A DNA stretch of 64,000 nt from positions 4,714,001 to 4,778,000 of the forward strand of contig CM052818.1 in NCBI GenBank assembly GCA_028534125.1, written 5' to 3'. The notes beneath the pieces are model-generated. The model made no database searches, was not told where the DNA came from, and saw only the letters and a program-made list of their open reading frames with translations. Below are positions 36,327-49,515 of this stretch, one piece after another (within the stretch, counting starts at the first letter, position 1; every line of letters begins with the position of its first letter). The translations under genes and the position numbers were made by a program. Source of the stretch: Lama glama. Its lineage: Eukaryota.

Positions 36327-36423
36327 CTTTCTTAAAATTGAAGTACAGTCGGTTACACTGTGTCAGTTTCTGGTGTACAGCACAACATCCCAATCATGCA
36401 TATATTCATTTTCATATTCTTCC
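36327..36423 (-). mobile_element. Very short L1 3' end (~100 bp) with TSD
   Basis: attgaagtacagtcggttacactgtgtcagtttctggtgtacagca; TSD ttggtgatt (36318-36326 / 36424-36432). Confidence 0.8.
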
Positions 36424-37816
36424 TTGGTGATTTTAATTTCATTATAGATCAGTACAAGATTTTGGTAGCAATATCATGATAGATTGAGTTGGAGGCTCGG
36501 GAGAGGGGATAGCCATGAATTTAGAAGCTCTAGGGGAAAGGTCTGGCTTCGCTGCATGCAAAACCAGGCAGCTCACTCACTTGTATGAGCCTTGGTCTCT
36601 TCGTCTGTAAAATGGAGATGCTAAGAATGCTGATCTCTCAGGCCTCTCCTGCAGAGCTGGTCCCTGCGATGTGGTAACTCTGGCAACTAAATAGAGTTAT
36701 ATAAAAGATAATCGAAAATGATAGCAAACACTTGTGGGATGTTTTTACCCACCAGGTGCTATTCATGCACTTCGGGTATGTTGGCTCAGTCAATCCTGGA
36801 ACAATTCCATTGGCAAGTTTTACAAATGGGGAAACTGGACTTAAAACCACTGAGATTTGTTCGGCTAACGAAGGCAAAGGCTGGGGTTCACACGAGGCAA
36901 CCCTGAGCAGGTGCTCGGAACCATCATACTGGAGTGACTTACCTTGAGCTTTCAGGGGCCCTGCAAAACCAGCAACCATCTCCCTGACTCCTCCATGTGC
37001 CGTTCTGATCAAAGCCGGAAGAAATCTTTTGCATGACCAATGCCAGTCCAGACAACCCATTCCAGGCGGGTGAGGAGCATGGCACTTCGCTCACTGCTTG
37101 GGGTCCTGCCTCAGGACCACAGAGTAGGGAGGAGGTGACTGGGAAATGAGGTTTGTTGAGACCAGTTCCAAAGCACTCACACCCACCACCCACCTCCGGG
37201 AAGGATGCTCGTTGCGGCAGTAAAATGATCAATATTTCTCATGCACGACCAGAGACATTTGGGAAAGAGAGGCCAAATCATGACTTTACTGTTCCCTAGG
37301 ACCCCTGGAAAACATATAGGGGATCAGTTCTCAGGCAGAGGGGGCAGAGCTCTATCTCCATCTATTTCTCTGTCTGTAATCCACGTATCTGTCTATTATC
37401 TCTGTATTTATATATGTATGTATCTCTCTCTCTATGGACCTTGTGTTAAGCACCTTTGAAAAGGATGCTGAAGGGCCTCACTTTAAAGCTTTTGATTTCC
37501 AATTGTTCCCTCCTGACCCACCTGTTTAAGCACTGGGGAGTCTTTGAAGTGCCTGTCTTAGTGAGTTGAGAGGGAAAGAGGAGAGAATTCACAGTCAGCC
37601 GCTGCTAGTGCAGCCGTGAGTTGAGCCAAAGTGAGCGACAGGGTATCACCTCCAGGAGGAAACTCTGCTTCTGGTCCTCCCTGCCTGGCACACATCTTGG
37701 AACGCCAGGAGAAAGCATGCAAAGAAAATGGACTTCTTTGGGCAAATATCTCCAAGCTTTACATTTATTTTTAATTAAAAATTTTTTTTGAGCTATCATT
37801 GATTTTGCACATTTTT

Positions 37817-37954
37817 ATTTAATACTTTTCATTTATTTGTTTTGGTGGGGGGGAGGAAATTAGATATTTATTTATTTAATGGTGGTACTGGGGATTGAGC
37901 CCAGGACCTCATGCATGCTGAACACGTACTCTACCACTGAGCTATATACCTCCC
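37817..37954 (-). mobile_element. Vic-1-like camelid SINE
   Basis: Minus strand gggaggtatatagctcagtggtagagtacgtgttcagcatgcatgaggtcctgggctcaatccccagtacc, followed by an AAAT tail. Confidence 0.88.
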
Positions 37955-38624
37955 TGCAAAATTTGTTTTAATGAACATTCAGCCACATGAGAGGGAAAAC
38001 TTCTAAAGTATTTGTAAATAACAAATAAATGTATGTGTACATAAACATGTGTGTATGTGCACACCCATACATACATGTACATACATGTACCAGGCATGTA
38101 TGATCAAGTTATATCTTTATTTGCTTAAAATATTAAAAATATTAACATACTGATTATTTTCTAATTATGCAAATAATACATACTTGGCGAATACAGGAAA
38201 TTCATAGGAAAAAAATCACCCCTTCCCCTCAAGGTAGCCATTGTGAAGATTTTGAGATCTGTTTCAATCTCTCTTGTTTTGTAATCAAAGCAAAGCATGT
38301 ACATAATTTAAAAAGTCAAATAGTCATGCAAGACTTATGACAAAAAGCAACAGATCCCTGCTTCAGGCTTACCATCAAGTCAGGTTTCCCAGAGGAAACT
38401 GCTTTCAACTGTTTGAGCTGTCACTGCTCGTATTTATTACCATCTTTATAAATGATGCTTTATGTGCTATTTTTGATTTCCCAAATGTGGACATTACCTA
38501 TTGACTTCTTACTAAGGTAAAGATTTAGGTCTCTTCCAGCCCCTCTGCCCTTTCACACACACTCACTTCCTCTCCCACCAGTACCTTTGATTATAAATCA
38601 AAATTCATATATAAACACAAAAGG

Positions 38625-39290
38625 CCATTTCGACATCAGTCCCAATGTGTGCAGGGAGGGAGGGGGGTCTCCCTGTACCACCACGTGATTCTCCAACCCC
38701 AGTGGGTGGCCTACAATTCAGCTCAGTTCGGACGCCACCTGCCAGGGGATAGTGTCAGACTCCACAAGTTAAGGGCTCAGCCCTACAAGATTGCTTCTCT
38801 TGCTGGCCCCACCTCCCCCTCGCCAGCCCCCACCCGCCCCACCGCCCGCCTCTTCAGAAGCCAGTTGCAAATCCTGGTTGTTACCTGTCCTTCTGACCCA
38901 GCCACTGACTATGAATCAGAGGTTCCCACGAATCCCTCCTCGGGGTTGATTAATTTATAGAGTGGCTCAGAGAACTCAGAAAGACTCTCTAGATTACAGG
39001 CTTATTATAAAAGGACATAACTCAGGAACAGCCAGATTGAAGAGATGCGCCAGGAAGATACGGGGAAGGGACACGGAGCTGCCATGTTCTCCCAGAGCCT
39101 CTCCCAGCACCTCCATGTCTTCACCAACCTGGAAGCTCCTTGAACTCCACCCTCTTGGGTTTTTATGGAGGCTACATTACACAGGCATGATTGGTGAAGT
39201 CATCGGCCATTGTGTATTGAATTCAATCTCCAGCCCCTTCCCACCCTGAGGTCAGGGGATGGGACTGAAAGTTCCAACCCTCTAATCCTA
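38625..39290. mobile_element. MER21-like LTR
   Basis: gggtggcctacaattcagctc...gatagtgtcagactccacaagttaagggctcag...gaggttcccacg...gtggctcagagaactcag...gggactgaaagttccaaccctctaatc. Confidence 0.8.
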
Positions 39291-39914
39291 AAGCCTTTCG
39301 GAAATTCACCTAATTAAAATAAATCCTGCCTTTGCCTTTATCATTTGACTCAGTCTGTCTCCTGTATGTGAAGTGCACCACATAGCAATGTCTGAGTTAC
39401 TACGCGCTACCTCTACTCCATCTCCGTCCGTGGGCACTTGGAACTCTGATTCCCCAGTTAATTTCTCCATCTGCTTAACATTCCCCCCCATTTTTTGGCA
39501 TCTCTTTCCCACTACTGTATTCTCCCTTTCTATTTTCCCTTGGGAATTTATTCTTTTACAGTATTTTTAGCTTGGTTTGGGAAAGGTACAGAAATAAATA
39601 CCTGTGTTCATTGGTTATGTTTTGGCAGATCTCCTGTGTATCTTTCAAAATTAAATATAGGGCATAGTTCCTGCTGAAATAATTGACCTGTAAAGATAAA
39701 GCTAATAAAAAAATACAGCCTATGAATTTACTAATTGCTTTTTCTTTGAGAAAGTTTTAGCCGATTTTACTGCCTTGGAGTTGGAGTCACACAGTTACGT
39801 GTTGAAGATGGATGCTCTAACACCATTAATTGGTTCTTGCAAATGAAGAAATGACTACAGAAATGAAAAGTTGATTCAGAAAGTGGAGACTTTCTTAATG
39901 GATTGAGAACATGG

Positions 39915-40270
39915 TTGTTTCACATTAAAATCACTTGATGGGGGGCTTTTGAAACATACAAATGCCTAGTTCTAGACAGATGAAGTCAGCATCTCTGAGG
40001 ATGGAAGCCCGAAGTCAGTATTAAAAAAAAAACCCCAAAACCTAAATTATTTCCATGAACAGGGAGGTTTAGTCACCTCTGTTCTATCTAAAGAGTAGGT
40101 TGTGGCTCACATAACATGATTTTAGGCATTAGTCCTCACATTTTAGTGGATGTAAATATTCCTGAGATGTTGCTTTAGTACCTGTAGGACTGAGTCTCGC
40201 AGTCTAACAAGATTCCCAGGTGACTCTAGAGAAGGTGGTTCACAGGTCCTTCTTTAAGAAAACACTGACT
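39915..40270. mobile_element. Two adjacent MER5-like fragments
   Basis: cacattaaaatcacttgatggggggcttttgaaacatacaaatgcc...; ctaacaagattcccaggtgactct...tttaagaaaacactg. Confidence 0.5.
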
Positions 40271-41790
40271 TTGGATTTTCTAGGAAGACCATCTCTGTCT
40301 CTTTGGATTCTGCTTTATCTGGAAATTGCATAATTAGAAATTTATTCTAAGACTTTGCTTCTGTTGGAATATAAAGTTCCCCAGAAATAGGTTCTTAACT
40401 CTGTTTATATTCATCCATCACACCTCAGTCACTGTGATCAGGTTATATATTCTCCTGTGTGCTTCCTTCTACTTGTCCCCCTAAAAAAGCAGCATTTTTA
40501 CTTTTTGACTGGCTCATAACACTGTGAACTTCTTAAGGGAAGGGGTAGATCTTACTCACCATTGTAAGTCAGCACCCAGCATGCTATCTGGCTATGTAAT
40601 AGACGCTGGGTAAATATTTATTCATATCTGTCACACACTGTTTAGTAAGAGCGTGCATTTATCCACTCCCTCCTGGAAGTAGGATTTGCTAAAAGGAAAT
40701 GTGGAGAGAAATGGCAGTGCTGTGTGCCTTCAGATGAGAGGCAGGAGCGTAACGCTGAAAAGAAGGAGGCAGAAGAGTGATGCTGGAGAGGATGGGGGGA
40801 CGCTGTCTCCGATCTGATTTTGCCTCCAATCTGACCATGTGGGACAGTCAGGGGATGCGAAGAAGCACGCTAGCAGCCAGGTAAAGCATGATTGGTTTCA
40901 ATTCAAGACTTATTGGCTTCAGTATCTCCCAAGGCTGCTCACCTGAGCAGTTCTTTGTTAAGAACTCCCTGTTTCTTCTGCATTTCCATTCAACTTTGAT
41001 TAATTACGCCATTTTACATAAGTGTGTGGTCCAACAGCCAGGAGGCAGACTTGACTTCACGTAAATCTCATCCATTTGAGTTTATCTTTTTCTTAGTTCT
41101 TTTTTTTTTTTTTTAACCTCAGAGAAGTCTTTTCCAAGGAGCAGGAGCTTGGGGCAACCAGGGGAGCAATGCATTCAAAACTTAAAAGGTAACCCCATTG
41201 TGTCTCCACATATTCTTACAACTGAGTCACTAGATAATATGGGTGTTCTTTCAGTTTATTTCTGTTTGATGTAATCTCTGCATCCTCAGTGCCCGGGGAC
41301 ATAATAGGCTCTCACTTAATGTTCAGTAAATTACTTTTATACATCTGATGTGCTCTGAAAGGTGGATAAATCAAACTTCATAAATGAAATCTGATTTAAC
41401 AAAGAATCCATATTACAGGTTCAGCCGTGTTTTTCTCATCTCTGATTTCTTGTCCTGGCAGAGATAATTGAGCTTCCTAGATATTCCCCGTGCTTCCCTC
41501 CCTTAATGTGAGACCGTGGGAGTGGTTCCGTCTAGTGGAATATGAGCTCACGTGACTGGTGTCACTTCTTGTCTGAGATGATTTGAGCTGGTGTGAATTC
41601 CTTGTGCTTTCTGTCTTCCCACCTGGAGGAGGGCGTGGGCGGCAGCAGAGGAGAACTCTGAGATGGCTGAGGGGCCAATGGAAGCACTGTGGTTCCCTGA
41701 ACCACTGTCCGAAAAGAAGTTATCTGGGAGAATTGCCTCATTTTTCTCAAACAGGGACGTGAAAGAGAAAAAAAGTCACTATTGTGTTAA

Positions 41791-42241
41791 CCATGCAACA
41801 TGGATGGACCTAGAGATGATCATACTAAGTGAAGTCAGAAGGAGAAAGACAAATATCATATGATACCGCTTATATGGAATCTAAAAAAAAAATGATACAA
41901 AGAAACTTATTTACAAAACAGAAAGAGACTCACAGACACAGAAAATAAACTTACGGTTACCAAAGGGGAAAGGCGAGGGAGGGATAAATTAGGAGTTTGG
42001 GATTAAGATATATAAAATAGATAACCAACAAGGGCCTACTTTATAGCATAAGGAACTATATTTAATCTCTTGCAACGGCCTGTGATGGAGAAGAATGTGA
42101 CAAAGAATAGGTTTATATATATATGTAGGTGTATATATAAATATGTATGTATGTGTGTAACTGAATCACTTTGCTGTACACCTGAAACTAACATAACATT
42201 GTCATAACTCAAATCAACTATACTTCAATTTAAAAAAAAAA
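41791..42241 (+). mobile_element. 5'-truncated L1 3' end
   Basis: gcaacatggatggacctagagatgatcatactaagtgaagt...gggataaattaggagtttgggatt...tacttcaatttaaaaaaaaa. Confidence 0.92.
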
Positions 42242-43172
42242 GAGAGCGTGCGATAACACTGGTGAACTCAGCCTTCCGCAGAGGGAGGCAACTGAGCACT
42301 GGGGGACACAGGGACAAGGAGCAGCTGGTGGGACCGAGCTCTGGAACACAGAGCTTGCTGTCACCTGGCTGAGGTCTGTCCGTGTAGGTGAGCGTGGTCC
42401 GAGGTCGTCCCTGTGACAGCTGCCTTCCTTGAGCAGAAGCGGATGGGGAACGCAGTAGGACTGGAGGGTGTGTGGTCCAGCAAGGCTCCAAGCAAACTTC
42501 CTCTGAGCACTGAGCACACCTTTGAATGCTAAGAAGAGGGGCTCGGGAGAGAGACATACGTATTTAAATTCTGTAAGTTTATAAGATCTGAAGTGAATGT
42601 CCCGGGAGAACAGTGGGAAACGGCTGTTGAGTCCAAACCAGGGCTACTTTTTTTTTTCTTTATTAAATATTAATGCCACACGTTTCTGCAGGGTTCCTAG
42701 AATAGATGTGAAGCCTAACATTGTGGCGATTTAAATGACTAAGAATATTTCCTGTCATTTTTATCAATGTCTGGCTTTCCAATGCCTGTTAAATCTGAAA
42801 GTATAAAACACAGGAAGGGATAATGAATACCCAGTCTCCCTCCGTGGTGACCTGCTGGTACGACCCCCTGGAGAAGCGGGAGCTTTCTCTTGAGTATTTT
42901 TCTTGGAGGCAGAGAGAGCCTGAGCTGACCTGGTCCTCTGCAAATTGTTCCGCTGGGTCTCGAGCTGGAGAACAGCCCACTCCGCGAGCACAATTCTTTC
43001 TTTCCTGTTGGTTTTAAGAAAACAAGCACATTCTAAATAAGCTCTATGTGAGTGGCGGAAACTCCTCGGGATTCTGACTTTTCCTTTATTCCTTTTTTTT
43101 TTTTTCCAATTTTCTAAATCCTACCCTACCTGCCTAAGTCATTCCCCCAGCATCTCCTCAGATTTAAAACCG

Positions 43173-43214
43173 CCACCACCACCACCACCACCACCACCAC
43201 CACCACCACCACCA
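43173..43214. repeat. (CCA)14 trinucleotide microsatellite
   Basis: Perfect ccacca run; explains the poly-Val ORF on the minus strand. Confidence 0.95.
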
Positions 43215-44628
43215 CAACAGCAAAGCTCTTCAGTTGCCAGATCTTTGCTGGGGGAACCTTTCCAAGTAGGATCCAAGGAAGCGGAGAGAAGTTATTTTGA
43301 ACAAATTCACACGCCATCAAATGGAACTTCCGGTGACTTAGCATCAGGAAATATTGGCTAAGAAGAAAGCCCCGGAAGGAACAATTCTAAAACGATTCTT
43401 GGTCAGGTGCAGTTTATAATGGGCCTATTCATAGGGAGAAGGAAAAAAAAGAAGTCCAAGGTCCCTTCCTCACAAAAATTACCTTCACGTGGAAAAAATG
43501 TAGTCACACGTTCGCCCTGTAAGCGCACGGTGCTCTGCGTTTATTAAATGGTGCCGGCCCGCCCTGCCGGAGTCTCCGTTACATCCTCAGGGGAGGGCAG
43601 CTCGCGGTAAGAGGGCGAGAGAGGGGAGAAGCTGAGATGTTCTCAGTCCTGAACATTAAATCATTGCAGTCATGATGTTAGAGGAAATGAGGCAAGATTG
43701 GGCTAAATGGAAACCCGCTGATGTGGTTTGGGAATTACCCCTCCGGGCTTGGGAAAAGGACTGAACATTACACCGTCCGTGCCCGTGGGGCTGGTTCTGC
43801 GCTCTGCTCGGGGAACTGGCTCTCTGCCTCCGAGGGGCAGGCTGTGCCCACCTGTCTGCTTTCAAATCCCCCTTGTCCTCTCATCCTCAGGGCAAGCTGG
43901 CCCATGCCCAGGGCCGAGGGGAGTACAGGCCCACGCTGTTGAAGCAGAGGGGCTTTGGGGGGGTGATTTTTCAGGATGCAGAGAGAAATGACACTGGTGT
44001 GGAAGACGAACCAGAACCCACCCTCCTGGCTGATGTAACACGAGAGGAGATTGGGTGGGGTTGGTCCTTGGGTGAGGCTCACTGCTGCATATTATAGGAT
44101 ACGCTTCAAGGAAGCAAGGCCGGCCCCTCTACGTGGTGTAATTTAAGGGAAATATTAAATTATATTCCTGACACATATTCCTGCCAACATGTTTCTGTCC
44201 TTGTAAGTCATGCTTTTAGGGCCAGTCTTTAAAACAAGACCTGACCCCTGAAGGACTCTCGATAAGGCACCAGTATGCATCCTTGGATGTGATGCCACTG
44301 AACCAGTGAACACACAGGGTAGTTTAGCTGGCAACTGTCAGTCTGGAATACTAAGGTCAGGCTCCTGCAGTGGGAGGACATAAAACTGGTAAACTTCGAT
44401 GGGGGCAGGGAGGATGGGAGAGCCTTGGCATAGACCTTCTTCCTAAGAGCCGTGACATCAAGGCCAGGTTGAAAGCACAGCGAGAAGGCGCTGCCACCTG
44501 GAATCCTCAGGAAGGAAGCCACCCACAGGAAGAGGAGAATGGTCTGAAATCCGTCTTCTCTCTTTCCCAGCGGCCCTGGATACATTGTTTCCCACTCAGA
44601 TTAGTACTACTGAATATAGTCCTTTATT

Positions 44629-44970
44629 TATTTTTTAATAATTCGTATTTCTTACTGCAGTGTAGTCAGTTTACAATGTTAGTTTCAGGTGTACAGCAAA
44701 GTAATTCAGTTATACATGTATAAACACACATATATATATATATGTTTTTCAGATTCTTTCCTATTATGGCTCATTATAAGACATTTATAATATAGTTCCC
44801 TGTGCTATACAGTAGGTGCTTTGTGTTTATCTATTTTATGTATAGTGGTGTGTATCTATTAGTCCCAGACTTGTCTCTCAACCTTTCCCCACTGATAACC
44901 AGTTTGTTTTCTATGTCTGAGTCTATTTCTAGGTTGTAAATAAAGTTTGTATCTTTTTTTTTTAAAGAGC
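44629..44970 (-). mobile_element. 5'-truncated L1 3' end with perfect 15-bp TSD
   Basis: TSD atatagtcctttatt (44614-44628 / 44971-44985) followed by aa (L1 endonuclease-like site); atagttccctgtgctatacagtagg core. Confidence 0.92.
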
Positions 44971-45931
44971 ATATAGTCCTTTATTAAGGGACTCCCAAAA
45001 AACAACTTTTTCACACCTGTTCTGTAGTCAACAAAAATGGGGACCCCCCCAAGCCCAGGCTCCCGAATTGTCCTAAGAGAGATTTATGATGCGAGATGTC
45101 TCAGTCTGTCCCCAACTTCCCACCTGATATTCTGAGCATCAGGCCCTGGCTTGGCTGTGAAATTTCCAGCACTAGTCTGAGGAGGCAGAAACACAGGGCC
45201 TGGGTGGGAAGTTAGGGGATGTTTATAGACATAAAACCAAAATCCAGGACGAAGCAGGTGGGCGAAATTTGCCTAGGTTGCCTCCCTGGGCATAAATTAC
45301 CAGCTTTCATTCATTCTGGGGGAGAAGCGAGCGTCCCTGAAACAGACTCACCCCAGCCCCAGCTCTTTTAATGTGCCTTTTCATGGATTTTGCTTTCAAA
45401 GCTGCATGAATTATTTTTCTTCTATTAAATATTAATGTGGCTTTCTAAGTAGAAAAAGGGGGCAGATTAGGTCTGGTACACATCTTCCCTGCCGCTATTT
45501 ACTGCTGCTGCGGGATGGCAACAAATGCCAACTCCCAGCGCATTATTAAATCAGCCTGTGCTGAGCCCAGATGTTACGCCGGAGCCGCACAGTGGATACG
45601 GGTTAAAACCAAAGAGCGGCAGACACCCCGTTCTCTCCGGTGGGGGCTCGCCCTCCCACACCCTCGCCTCCTTCTCCCGTCCTGCGTGGTCGCTGTGGCC
45701 TTTGGCAAATTTGCCATCAGCTGGACAGAGCTCACTCTTCCTGGAGCAGTAATCATGTGAGGGGGATTTATTTATTTTTTTTAAACCTGTTAATTTTTTT
45801 CCCCAATGACTCTTTCTACTTGATTAGTTCAGATCAATATGTCTGGTAGGCAGAATGTGGTGGGGAGGGTGATTTATCAGTGTCGGGGAGCTCTGGGCTT
45901 TGTTGATGTGACTCTTTGTGGTGGTTGACTT

Positions 45932-45953
45932 CACACACACACACACACACACA
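45932..45953. repeat. (CA)11 microsatellite
   Basis: Directly visible. Confidence 0.95.
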
Positions 45954-46210
45954 AAACCTGTGTTCTCTTCCTTATCTAAATTCTGCTCACTTTTATGACC
46001 AAGATGATCTGGCCTCCACTCTGAAGCCTGTCCTGTGATACCTAAATCATGATCTCCAATGAAGCTATGATGTTCCAGGCGATAATTGGTATGTAGTGTG
46101 GGTTCTGGTTCCCCGATAGGCTGTAAGCCCCTGGAATGAAGGGATTCTATCTAAAAAACTTGGAGTGATGGAGAGAGCACAGGGTTTGCTCAGAACCCTA
46201 GAATCCTTGG

Positions 46211-46343
46211 CGGGTGGGTACAGCTCAAGTGGTAGAACACATGCTCAGCATGCACGAGGTCCTGGGTTCAATCCCTAGTGCCTCTATCGAAAGAGTAAAT
46301 AAATAAATACATAAACCTAATTATCTCCCCCCTGAAAAAAAAA
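46211..46343 (+). mobile_element. Vic-1-like camelid SINE with intact A and B boxes
   Basis: gggtgggtacagctcaagtggtagaacacatgctcagcatgcacgaggtcctgggttcaatccc...aaataaataaat...cctaattatctcccccc + A-tail; approximate TSD aatcct(t)gg. Confidence 0.9.
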
Positions 46344-46875
46344 TCCTGGAATAGCAAATTGGTTAACCTTCAGGAGCCTGTTTTATCCTTCTCCTCATCA
46401 CCGCCTCCATCATCATCACCGTTTCTGCCACTCAGATCGGTGCTTGCCAAGCTTGAATGTGTATATGGATTATGTCCGATCCAAAGTGGGTCCGAGATTC
46501 TGTATTTCTAACAGGCTCCCAGGTGACGTGGATGATACCTGTCTGCTTGTCACACTTTGACTTCTCACTTTTTGAGAAGCAAGATCCTTGTGAATCTTCA
46601 GCAGGATAATGTAGGTGGGAGTCTCCTGAGCTGGAATGCCCTCTCTCACTGCTGGACCTTCAGTCATCCTTGTCTCTTCATTTATGTCCATTTCAAATCC
46701 ATCAGCAAATCCCACTGATGCTACCATGGGAAGGTATCCTGAATCCAGCTGTTTATGAGCCCTTCCTTCATTTCCAACCTTGGCTAAGTTACCTTCATAT
46801 TTCTGGTCTAGAGATTATCCTGGTAGCTTCCTAATTGGTCTTCCTCCTTCTATTCCAGTAATCTTCTTTAAAAAT

Positions 46876-47632
46876 CTTGTTTAATGGAAGTATAGTTGAT
46901 GTGCAACTATGTACGTATATTATAGAAGTTATGCGTACAATCTAGTGATTCACAATTTAAACCTTATTCTTAATTTATAGTTATAAAATATTGGGTATAT
47001 TTCCTGTGCTGTACAGTATATCCTTGGACCGTATTTTATATGTAATATTTTGTACTTCTTAATCCCTTAGCCCTCTATTGCCCCTCCCCTCTTCCCTCTC
47101 CCTAGTGGTAACCACTAGTTTGTTCTCTGTATCTGTTAAGTCTGTTTCTTTTTTTTTTTTTTTGCTATATTCAGTAGACTGTTGTATTTTTAGATTCCAC
47201 ATGTAAGTGATGTCACAGAGTATTTGTTTTTCTCTGCCTGACTTATTTCACTCAGCAGAATACCCTCCAAATTCATACATGTTGTTGCAAATGGCAAAAT
47301 TTCATTTTTTTTGGCTGAGTAATATTCCTTTGTGTATATGTCTTCTTTATCCAGCCATCTATTTATGGACAATTAGGTTGCCCCCATATCTCGGCAATTG
47401 TAAATAATGCTGCTATGAACATTGAAGTACATGTATCATTTTGAATTAGTATTTTTGGGTTTTTTTTGGGTATATACCCAGGAGTGGAGTTCCTGGATCA
47501 TATAGTAGTTCTATTTTTAGTTTTTGTGAGAAACCTCCATGCTGTTTTCCACAGTGGCTGCACCAATTTCCATTCCCACCAACAGTGTCCCAGGGTTCCC
47601 TTTTCTCCACATCCTCACTAATATTTGTTATT
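46876..47632 (-). mobile_element. 5'-truncated L1 (ORF2 end + 3'UTR)
   Basis: Antisense L1 text (tttagattccacatgtaagtgat, gttgttgcaaatggcaaaatttc, cagtggctgcaccaatttccattcccaccaacag). ORF 47190-47372 gives the L1 ORF2 C-terminal remnant EYYSAKKNEILPFATT. Confidence 0.92.
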
Positions 47633-48050
47633 TATGTTCTGTATCCCTTTTCCCACCAGCAGCCAGGAGATCCTTTTACAGTATAAGTCAGATCATAAAA
47701 CTCTCCTCCCCCAAGCTCTTCAGTGGCCTGCAGGAGCCTAATCAAATATGGCGCTAGTGTCGTTTGCTAACTACCGTCATCCCCTTGCCTCTTGTTTTTC
47801 TTCCCTCTGCAAGAACATGGCTTACTCTATAATTCTATCTAGTGTGCTTGTCAACTGTCCCATCTACTGTAGCAAGTGCATCACTGTCCACCTTCTCACC
47901 TAGCTTTATTATGTTTTTCATAACGTCTACTGTTACCCAACATCCTGTTAAGCATGTATGTGTTTATCTGCGGTCTGTCTCACTGACTCAAAATAGGCTC
48001 CATATGGGCAGAGGTGGCCTGACTTGTTCTGCTCTGTCTCTCCCGCATCT

Positions 48051-48172
48051 GTTTTCTGAGGGGGAGATAATTAGGTTTCTTCATTGATTTCTGCTTGAAG
48101 GAGGTACCGGGGATTGAACCTGGGACCGCTTCGGTGCTAAGCATGCGCTCTGCCACTTGAGCTATACCCTTC
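48051..48172 (-). mobile_element. Vic-1-like camelid SINE inserted into an L2 3' end
   Basis: Minus strand agggtatagctcaagtggcagagcgcatgcttagcacc...cccaggttcaatccccggtacc; diverged TSD ctcccgcatct (48040-48050) / ctcctgtatct (48173-48183). Confidence 0.85.
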
Positions 48173-48542
48173 CTCCTGTATCTCCAGCACCTGGAACACT
48201 GCTTGGCACAACGTAGGTCGTGAGATAGCTGCCGAATGAAATGATAAATGAATTATTCTTGATTGAATTGCTCTGTACCCCAAGCCTGACAGAGTGAGTA
48301 CTTCGTGAGTGTTTATTGATTGGGCTTTTAGATGCGCGGTCCCTGGATGTCTGTTAGTGGGACAGTTATCACTTTTGCCTTGGGTCATGCCCACTGGTAC
48401 AGGCTTGGCCTACATGCATGAAAAATGCAGACCCCTGAGCAAAAAGTCGAGGCAAATGTCTGAGTTCTAGGAAGCAATGATTGCGGGAGTTTAGATGAGT
48501 CCCTAAGGACTGCTTATCTTTCTTTACTTAATTCCTTTTATC

Positions 48543-48578
48543 CACACACACACACACACACACACACTCTCTCTCTCT
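48543..48578. repeat. (CA)12(CT)6 compound microsatellite
   Basis: Directly visible. Confidence 0.95.
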
Positions 48579-48734
48579 CCAAAATTAACCAACCAAACCA
48601 AATCAAAACCCAACAACAATGACAAAACGAAGCCCTTAAAGGAAAAGGACAAATTGAGAATCTGGGTTTCTGGTGAAAATGTCGACGTGGGTGCACACAG
48701 GGGAGGGCTTCTCAAGTTGGATAATGGGATCTCT

Positions 48735-48900
48735 TTTTACTTCAGCTCGTCTGTAACAGCACATTAATAAACTGAACCAAATGTGGTGCTACAGCTGGTT
48801 TTATTGGTCATTAACATTTACCGAGCCACGTGAAGTCATGTTTTCCAATTTTGAGATTAAAAGATTTAGCCAGCCTAATTAGCGGCCTCTGAATGGGGAT
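48735..48900. promoter_or_regulatory. Putative enhancer block
   Basis: TTAATAAA, CAGCTG (48792-48797), TTTTATTGG (48799-48807), CACGTG (48827-48832), CTAATTAG (48875-48882) within about 150 bp of unique DNA. Confidence 0.4.
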
Positions 48901-49254
48901 GGCGTCGGAGGACAGCCAGCCGGACCCAGTCATCTTTGCCTTCGTGATGCCTTTGCCTTCATGGTGCAGGTGATTTGAAAACAAACGCATTTATTGAGCC
49001 TTGGCTGGATTTCACCCTGGAGCAGGCCAGGTTCTGGCAGCTGTCCAGGGGTTCACTCTGTGCCTGTCCTGCTGGTGCGCGCTCCACATTTTTAGGCTGT
49101 ATTTTGAGTTCAGCAAGAGACTTCCTTGTGCATATAAGCAAATGCCATCCATCCTTGAAACCAGCCTGTCTACTCAGGTTCTGATTGTTTCTCTTTCCTC
49201 TGGTCACTGAGGTCAAGCCATTAGTTGCATTATTAAGTGTGATTAAAAATCTCC

Positions 49255-49515
49255 GCCTGAAAATGTTTAACAACTGACTGTTCAAAAAAACCAAGTCCTG
49301 ATTTGCAACATTTACTACTTATAGAGTGTAAATACTTTCGCCGTGGTCAGTTTCAAGCTACCAATGAAAGTCGTTGAAGGAGGAATGGGGAAGAGATGGA
49401 CAACCACGTACCATTATAATGGTAACCCCACCATACAGACACAATGGAAGTAAATCATCTTAGGAACACAGATGATAGACAACAGTGATATGTAAGAAAA
49501 TAATTAGGAAATGAT
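49255..49515. mobile_element. MER63-like hAT-Blackjack fossil
   Basis: aaatgtttaacaactg...ctgatttgcaacattt...gtgtaaatact...tttcaagctaccaa...ggaagagatg...ccaccatacagacacaat...aaaataattaggaa. Confidence 0.75.

Noticed and set aside
43126..43344. Poly-valine ORF
   Set aside because: Translation of a (CCA)14 microsatellite.
42661..45437. Identical 15-mer tattaaatattaatg at 42661 and 45423
   Set aside because: Almost entirely A/T and low complexity, with no extended homology around it; chance recurrence is plausible.
46211..46285. tRNA-Ala gene
   Set aside because: The tRNA-like head is followed by a SINE body and A-tail with an approximate TSD, the acceptor stem is degenerate, and five related copies occur in the window. 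It is a SINE, not a tRNA.
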